Assembly (NCBI GenBank): GCA_963662405.2
Contig: CAXXKT010000001.1
Coordinates: forward strand, 1,952,001-2,016,000
Length of the DNA stretch: 64,000 nucleotides
DNA from: Syntrophales bacterium
GTDB lineage: Bacteria > Desulfobacterota > Syntrophia > Syntrophales > UBA2210
Reading direction: 5' to 3'
Position numbers and translations under genes: made by a program. The notes beneath the pieces were generated by a model. That model was not told the origin of the DNA. It searched no databases and was given only the letters and a program-made list of their open reading frames with translations. Each line of letters opens with the position of its first letter. Position 1 is the first letter of the stretch. Positions 58,543 through 64,000 of this stretch are shown here, in pieces.

Positions 58543-59307
58543 ATGGAAAACGATGTACTGTTTATCAAGAACTGGATGATGGCGGCATGCGGCTTCTATC
58601 TGCTGTCGAGCCTTGCCTATCTTGTGGGTCGGAAACGCATAGCGGTTATATTGCTTGTCACCGGGTTGCTGTCCAATGGTGTTGCCCTCGTCGGCAGGGG
58701 ATATATCGAAAAAGCCTGGTATCCAGCCCTCATGGTGCCTGAGCTGTTTGTCCTTCCCGCGGCCATGGCCTTGACGATCGGTTTCCTGTTCAAGCGGCAA
58801 AGGGTCATCGAGGGCAGAGTGGCGCTTATTCCCTTTGCTGCCTGTTGTTGCGTAACGATGCTTCTGCCCGTTGAAGCAGCGCTCCCCTGGGTTAAACAGC
58901 AAACCGCCTCGGCCGCCCTCTTTTTCCTCACCGAAGCCCTGAGTTGCGCCTTATTGGTGATCGCCGGCGCCTGTGCATGTGCGTCTCTCGTTCCGAGGAC
59001 CGACAACAGTGTAATATCCTATAACGGGCTGGTCCTCTGGGGTTTTCTCGCCTTTACGCTCTGCCAGATATCGGGAGCCGTCTGGGCATATCTCGGGTGG
59101 TCATACCCGTTTTCATGGAGTCCACGGCATTTGACCAGCGCTTCCCTCTGGTGCCTGTATGCCGCTCTTATCCATGCCCATTTCACGGGGATACAGGAAC
59201 GGCTGAAGGCGATCCTGACCGCTTTTGGTATCATTCCAATCACATATATGGTCTATCATCATGAGATAGTCACACTCCTGCAGGTGGTATCGGCGAGGTT
59301 CACATGA
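58543..59307 (+). CDS. CcsA/ResC-like membrane protein with degenerate WWD motif
   Basis: GAVWAYLGWSYPFSWSPRH...WCLYAALIH. Confidence 0.75.
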   Translation: MENDVLFIKNWMMAACGFYLLSSLAYLVGRKRIAVILLVTGLLSNGVALVGRGYIEKAWYPALMVPELFVLPAAMALTIGFLFKRQRVIEGRVALIPFAACCCVTMLLPVEAALPWVKQQTASAALFFLTEALSCALLVIAGACACASLVPRTDNSVISYNGLVLWGFLAFTLCQISGAVWAYLGWSYPFSWSPRHLTSASLWCLYAALIHAHFTGIQERLKAILTAFGIIPITYMVYHHEIVTLLQVVSARFT

Positions 59308-60047
59308 ACCGGTTCATTCGATTTCTGACCCGTATGGAAACAGGTTTTTTCCTGTTGATCGTTGCGTCGGCACTGTTATTGACGGGGGGCATTATAGCCG
59401 ACGTGCATGACACGTCGCTCAGGGCATTAAATTTTCTCACCTTTCAGAAATGGTTTCCAAAACACTCCATGAGACCCCTCCTGTATGTGTGGATATTGCT
59501 GCTTTTCGGCATTTTTTTTCTTCTTGCCGTCAACACGTTTCTCTGCACGGTTTCCTATGTGAGAAACATGTCGAGGAAGGGACTGTCGGCGAGGAGATGG
59601 GGGATTGTTCTGTTCCATTGCTGCTTTTTGATGTTTCTCTCGGGACATTTTCTGTATGGATTTACGGGAATCTGTGAAAAAGTGATGGTTGAAGAAGATA
59701 TCCCCTGCACGATCCCTGCCCTCGGTCTGTCCCTTGTCCCCTTCGCGGTTGAAAAGGGTGTCCTGTCCGTTTACGGGCAAGAAGTCCCCGCGGCGGTAAA
59801 GGCGGGGATCACGGTGTCGGATGAAAGGGGCGGGGAGACGACAATACATCCGGCAACGCTGAGACCGAAGCGCGCATTGGGATACACCGTTCATATCTCC
59901 ATGAAAGATAAAGCCCTTTCTCATTCGCAGGTCGGCATCATCGTGCGCAAGCAATACGGTCTCGACCTTTTGATTGGAGGGGGGATCACCATGCTGATGG
60001 CCATGGCGCTCTTCCTGCCGAGCGTGTTTCGTTCCCGTGGCCGTTAG
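59304..60047 (+). CDS. Short ResB/CcsB-like membrane protein
   Basis: LLAVNTFLCT, WGIVLFHCCFL...GH, periplasmic beta domain, C-terminal TM. Confidence 0.65.
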   Translation: MNRFIRFLTRMETGFFLLIVASALLLTGGIIADVHDTSLRALNFLTFQKWFPKHSMRPLLYVWILLLFGIFFLLAVNTFLCTVSYVRNMSRKGLSARRWGIVLFHCCFLMFLSGHFLYGFTGICEKVMVEEDIPCTIPALGLSLVPFAVEKGVLSVYGQEVPAAVKAGITVSDERGGETTIHPATLRPKRALGYTVHISMKDKALSHSQVGIIVRKQYGLDLLIGGGITMLMAMALFLPSVFRSRGR

Positions 60048-60145
60048 TCTTTGCCGTCCGCCGTTATGGCCTGGATCATCGGAAGAGCGCATTCTGTTTT
60101 GAGCCGTGATTCACTTCGCAATGTCGTTGACCATCATACCGGAAC

Positions 60146-61045
60146 ATGGTAAAAACCACGAATATGGAGAAAGAACTTCTCACCACGAAAGAACTGGCGG
60201 GTTTTCTGCGGTTCAACGAGAAGAAGATCTACCAACTCGTCAGAGACAGTGGTATCCCCCATGTCAAGATTGCCGGGAAGTGGTTGTTCCCCCGGCGGCA
60301 TGTCCTTCGCTGGATAGACGAACAGGTGCAGAGGGAGAAGGATGTCCTGATTGTCGGGAGCGACGATGCCCTCATGACGAGGCTCGTTTCCCTCTATTCT
60401 CAGGAAAATTTCCCCGAGTCCCAGGCCTTCTACTCGTCCGTGGGAAGCCTGAAGGGAATCCAGTCTCTGATGCGGATGAAGGGGCAGGCCTGCTGCACCC
60501 ATATCCTGGATATCGAGACAGGCGTGTATAACCTTCCCATCCTCGAGAGGATGCTTTCACCTCAGAGATATGTGGTCATTCACCTCTGGTGCCGGGAGCA
60601 GGGACTGATCGTGGCGAAGGGGAACCCCCTCGGGATAAAGACACTCGAAGATATTGCGGAAAAAGGGGCGCGATTCATCAATCGGAATGTCGGTTCAGGG
60701 ACGCGGGTCCTCATCGACTATCTGATGAAAGAAAGAGGACTCGACGGACGAGAGATTACCGGTTTTACTACTGAACAAGACAGCCACATCGGGGTGGCGC
60801 AGAGGGTCTTCTTCGGAGAGGCCGATGTCGGTGTGGGAATCGAGTATGTGACGCACCTCCTCGGTCTTGACTTTATCCCCCTCAGGGAAGAGAACTTCGA
60901 TCTTGTCATCCCCGAGGCGCTCTGGTCCACGGTCCCCATCAAACGCTTTGTCTCCTATCTGGACCCCGCACGGATCAAGGGACTCTCTGCAAATCTGCCG
61001 GGGTACAACCTGAAAGATACGGGAAAGCTGGCCTTCCAAAATTGA
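60146..61045 (+). CDS. Excisionase-type HTH fused to a molybdate/tungstate PBP-like domain (regulator)
   Basis: LLTTKELAGFL...KIAGKWLFP; GSDD, VGSLKG, REQGLIV..GNP, FINRNVGSGTR. Confidence 0.88.
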   Translation: MVKTTNMEKELLTTKELAGFLRFNEKKIYQLVRDSGIPHVKIAGKWLFPRRHVLRWIDEQVQREKDVLIVGSDDALMTRLVSLYSQENFPESQAFYSSVGSLKGIQSLMRMKGQACCTHILDIETGVYNLPILERMLSPQRYVVIHLWCREQGLIVAKGNPLGIKTLEDIAEKGARFINRNVGSGTRVLIDYLMKERGLDGREITGFTTEQDSHIGVAQRVFFGEADVGVGIEYVTHLLGLDFIPLREENFDLVIPEALWSTVPIKRFVSYLDPARIKGLSANLPGYNLKDTGKLAFQN

Positions 61046-61073
61046 TCCTCGAAGGGATCGAGTGAAAAAAAAG

Positions 61074-61102
61074 TTGCTTTCTCCTGTCGATTGGATTAGC
61101 AT
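61074..61102 (+). promoter_or_regulatory. Sigma70 promoter
   Basis: A-tract plus TTGCTT-N17-TAGCAT. Confidence 0.6.
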
Positions 61103-61131
61103 CCCTCCGAATCTGGGAGGTGAGTAAGGTC

Positions 61132-61206
61132 ATGATGACGATTGTACGGTACGATTCTTACTGGTGGTGGCAAAACAACATAGGGAGTCGTCCGTCCGCA
61201 GGCTGA
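61132..61206 (+). CDS. Tryptophan leader peptide 1 (MMTIVRYDSYWWWQNNIGSRPSAG)
   Basis: Three tandem TGG codons; upstream GGAGG; downstream terminator. Confidence 0.88.
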   Translation: MMTIVRYDSYWWWQNNIGSRPSAG

Positions 61207-61228
61207 TGCCAGCAACAACCGGAAACCG

Positions 61229-61264
61229 AAGGCCGTGGGCAGGCAGTGCTCGCGGCCTTTTTTT
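61229..61264 (+). terminator. Attenuator terminator 1
   Basis: aaggccgtgggca-ggcag-tgctcgcggcctt plus T tract. Confidence 0.9.
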
Positions 61265-61297
61265 ATGGTGAATCAAGATACTGTGAAGGAGCATACG

Positions 61298-62590
61298 ATG
61301 GATCAGACATTCATGCCGAAGATCAAGGCAGAGAAAGAACTTCAGGCACTCCAGCTTGAGGGGCTCAAATGGACCGTTGCCCATGCCTATCAGGGGTCGG
61401 ATTTCTATCGCCGACGGTTCGATGAGGCGGGGGTGAAACCGGAGGACATCCGAACCCTCGATGACCTGCGCAGGCTCCCCTTGGTCACCGCCCAGGACCT
61501 TCAGGAGCAGTACCCGTGGCCCCTCCGATCGGTTCCCTTCGATCAGATCGTTCGCCTCCACGCCTCCTCGGGGACGACGGGGAAGCGGAAGGTGATGATC
61601 TACACGGCGCGCGACATCGACGACTGGGCAAACATGTTTGCCCGCTGCTACGAGATCGCCGGCCTGACGCGGGAGGACCGGATTCAGATCTGTGTCGGGT
61701 ACGGAGTCTGGACCGCCGGTGTCGGTTTCCAGCTTGGGTGTGAGCGGTTCGGTGCCCTCGCCGTCCCTGCCGGACCGGGGAATATGGAGATGCAGATGCA
61801 GTTCCTCGAGGACTTCCAGCCCACCGTCATCTGCGCGACGGCATCCATGGGGCTCCTGATGGCCGAGGAGGTCGAGAAGAGGGGATTGAAAGACAAGATC
61901 AACGTCAAGAAGGTGATATTCGGGGCGGAACGTTCCAACGACGCCATGCGGGAGACCATCAAGGGCCTGCTCGGCGCGGAGCAGACCTTCGACATCCCGG
62001 GCCTCACGGAACTGTACGGACCGGGGACCGGCCTGGACTGCGAACACCACACCGGCATCCACTACTGGGCCGATTACTACATCATGGAACTCCTTGATCC
62101 CGATACACTCGAACCGGTCTCCGACGGTGAGATCGGTGAGATGGTCTATACGACCCTCCGCAAGGAGGGGGCGCCCCTGATCAGGTACCGTTCCCGTGAC
62201 CTGACGCGGTTGATCCCCGGCACCTGTCCCTGCGGGTCGATCTTCCCGCGGCACGACCGGCTGCTGGGGCGGTCGGACGATATGTTTATCATCCGGGGGG
62301 TCAATATCTATCCCGGCCATATCGACGAGATCCTCTCGGGCCAGGAGGGGATCGGGACCGAGTACCAGATACATCTCGATCGGCGGGATGACGGAAAGGA
62401 CTACATGACGGTACGCATCGAACGGGTCGAGGGAAACCGTGCCGACGACGACAGCAGGATCGCCTCCCGGATCGAGAGCGCTGTCAAGAAGGGGATTATG
62501 GTAAGCGGGAAGGTGGAGATCGTCGATTATCACGCTCTCCCGAGGACGGAGCGTAAGTCGAAGCGTCTCTTTGACCACCGTGATGAATAA
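61298..62590 (+). CDS. Phenylacetate-CoA ligase family (PaaK-like; predicted indoleacetate-CoA ligase)
   Basis: HASSGTTGK, GLTELYGPG, IRYRSRDL, GRSDDMFIIRGVNIYP. Confidence 0.9.
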   Translation: MDQTFMPKIKAEKELQALQLEGLKWTVAHAYQGSDFYRRRFDEAGVKPEDIRTLDDLRRLPLVTAQDLQEQYPWPLRSVPFDQIVRLHASSGTTGKRKVMIYTARDIDDWANMFARCYEIAGLTREDRIQICVGYGVWTAGVGFQLGCERFGALAVPAGPGNMEMQMQFLEDFQPTVICATASMGLLMAEEVEKRGLKDKINVKKVIFGAERSNDAMRETIKGLLGAEQTFDIPGLTELYGPGTGLDCEHHTGIHYWADYYIMELLDPDTLEPVSDGEIGEMVYTTLRKEGAPLIRYRSRDLTRLIPGTCPCGSIFPRHDRLLGRSDDMFIIRGVNIYPGHIDEILSGQEGIGTEYQIHLDRRDDGKDYMTVRIERVEGNRADDDSRIASRIESAVKKGIMVSGKVEIVDYHALPRTERKSKRLFDHRDE

Positions 62591-62603
62591 ATGTGAAAAA
62601 AAC

Positions 62604-62632
62604 TTGCTTTCCGGGATAAATTGCTTTAAAAG
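62604..62632 (+). promoter_or_regulatory. Sigma70 promoter
   Basis: A-tract plus TTGCTT-N17-TAAAAG; parallels 61074-61102. Confidence 0.55.
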
Positions 62633-62662
62633 CGGAAAATCAACCGTGTGGATGGAGACGAG

Positions 62663-62737
62663 ATGAAACCGGTCAACAACCTTTCGACAAACTGGTGGTG
62701 GTGCGAAATAACAGGGAGAGGTCTGTTCGCCGTGTAG
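62663..62737 (+). CDS. Tryptophan leader peptide 2 (MKPVNNLSTNWWWCEITGRGLFAV)
   Basis: Three tandem TGG codons at codons 11-13 as in leader 1; GGAG RBS. Confidence 0.88.
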   Translation: MKPVNNLSTNWWWCEITGRGLFAV

Positions 62738-62760
62738 ATCAGGACATTATGCAATTACAG

Positions 62761-62795
62761 AGGCCGTGAACAGATCGTGTTCACGGCCTTTTTTT
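62761..62795 (+). terminator. Attenuator terminator 2
   Basis: aggccgtgaaca-gatcg-tgttcacggcct plus T tract; antiterminator ggtctgttcgc can pair with gtgaacagatc. Confidence 0.9.
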
Positions 62796-62834
62796 GTAAA
62801 AATCTGCGGTACAACAGGTGAAATGGAACAAACG

Positions 62835-64000
62835 ATGAAAAAGAAGATTCTGATGGGAAATGAGGCGATCGGACGGGGACTGATCGAAGCGGGGTGCACG
62901 CTCATCTCCTCCTATCCGGGGACGCCGGCCTCGGAGATCCTGGAGTCGGCCGTTACCTTTGCCGGGGACGCCCCCCGGCCCGTCCATATCGAGTGGTCGA
63001 TCAACGAAAAGGTGGCCTATGAGGTCGCCCTGGGAAACAGCTCTTCGGGGAAACGCTCCGCCGTCGCCATGAAACAGGTGGGACTCAACGTGGCCTCCGA
63101 TCCCTTCATGCGGTCTGCCTACCTGGGGGTGACGGGAGGGATGGTGGTGGTGGTCGCCGACGACCCCGGTCCCCACAGCTCGCAGACGGATCAGGACAGC
63201 CGGTTCTTTGCGCAGTTCGCGCGCATCCCGGTCTTTGATCCGTCGAATCCCGCCGAGGCGAAGGAGATGGTGGAACGGGCCTTCGAGCTCTCGGAGCGGT
63301 ACGAGATCCCCGTGATGCTCAGGCCGACGACGCGGGTCTGTCACGCCCGGCAGGGGGTGGCCCTCGAGAAACCGCAGGAGATCGAACGCCGGGCCCATTT
63401 CAAGAAGGACCCGTCCCGCTGGGTCGCGACGCCCCAGTTTATCCCGGCCCTCCACCGGCGGCTCAATGCCACGATCGACGAGATAGCCGGTCTCGAGGAG
63501 ATGTATCCTTCCCGTATCGCCGGGAGCGGATCGTCACACATCTGCATCATTTCGTCGGGGGTCGCCTGCGCCAACATCTACGAGATCCTGGACGATATGG
63601 GGCTCCTGGGAACGATCGATCTCTTCAAGGTCGATCTCCCCTATCCCCTCAACCGCGACTTCATCGAGGCGATCAATGCCGGATACGAACGAATCCTCGT
63701 TGTGGAGGAGACCTACCCCACCATCGAGATGCAGCTCGCGAACCGGTCGATCAGGGGGCGGACCCTGAAGGATGTCCCCGACTACGGCGAGCTGACCTCC
63801 GACGTGATCGAGAAGATCCTCAGACAATTTCTGGATGTCCCCGGCGCACCCGCGGGAGATACGAAAGAGGCGGGGGGCATCAGGCCGAGCCTCTGCCCCG
63901 GCTGTCCCCACCGGGCCGCCTTCTACGCGATCAGGACCACCTTTCCGAAGGGGATCTTCCCCAGCGATATCGGCTGTTACACCCTGGGGATGAATTTCGG
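62835..64000 (+). CDS. iorA: Indolepyruvate:ferredoxin oxidoreductase alpha subunit (partial, runs off window)
   Basis: LMGNEAI.RG, SYPGTPASEI, EWSINEKVA, MKQVGLNVASDP, LCPGCPHR, SDIGCYTLG; absent from the ORF track. Confidence 0.95.
   Translation, partial: MKKKILMGNEAIGRGLIEAGCTLISSYPGTPASEILESAVTFAGDAPRPVHIEWSINEKVAYEVALGNSSSGKRSAVAMKQVGLNVASDPFMRSAYLGVTGGMVVVVADDPGPHSSQTDQDSRFFAQFARIPVFDPSNPAEAKEMVERAFELSERYEIPVMLRPTTRVCHARQGVALEKPQEIERRAHFKKDPSRWVATPQFIPALHRRLNATIDEIAGLEEMYPSRIAGSGSSHICIISSGVACANIYEILDDMGLLGTIDLFKVDLPYPLNRDFIEAINAGYERILVVEETYPTIEMQLANRSIRGRTLKDVPDYGELTSDVIEKILRQFLDVPGAPAGDTKEAGGIRPSLCPGCPHRAAFYAIRTTFPKGIFPSDIGCYTLGMNF

Noticed and set aside
61130..62578. 482-aa minus-strand ORF
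   Set aside because: Antisense shadow of the CoA ligase
1..64000. CRISPR array, integron attC array, DGR or retron
   Set aside because: No regularly spaced repeat-spacer units, cas genes, integron integrase or reverse transcriptase seen

Overview
Chromosomal window from a probable anaerobic deltaproteobacterium (Desulfobacterota/Syntrophales-like; inferred from gene content only). The left third (1-22541) is accessory DNA abutting the 3' end of tRNA-Thr(CGT). It holds c-di-GMP cargo between ~103-bp direct repeats, a RAYT transposase remnant, two toxin-first HigBA modules, and a ~17.6-kb lambda-like element. That element has an integrase, CI repressor, P4-type primase-helicase, iteron origin, a lambda-spaced cosQ/cosN site, two DNA methyltransferases and both terminase subunits, but no portal, capsid or tail genes. 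The rest is core/metabolic DNA: alanine racemase with a large extra C-terminal domain, two divergent tandem Ddl ligases, mlaEFD (mlaD frameshifted), a 2-hydroxyacyl-CoA dehydratase trio, a cluster resembling mycobacterial methylmannose-polysaccharide genes plus an acyltransferase, and surface proteins. It also has wtpABC divergent from a TonB receptor / molybdopterin-fold lipoprotein / degenerate CcsBA / oxyanion-regulator operon, and two Trp-Trp-Trp leader-peptide attenuators ahead of an arylacetate-CoA ligase and iorA. Best candidates for undescribed systems: the W/Mo TonB-CcsBA-like operon, a Trp-attenuated indoleacetate salvage route, the MMP-like cluster and the head-less cos element. All family calls come from motif recognition by eye; no searches were run.
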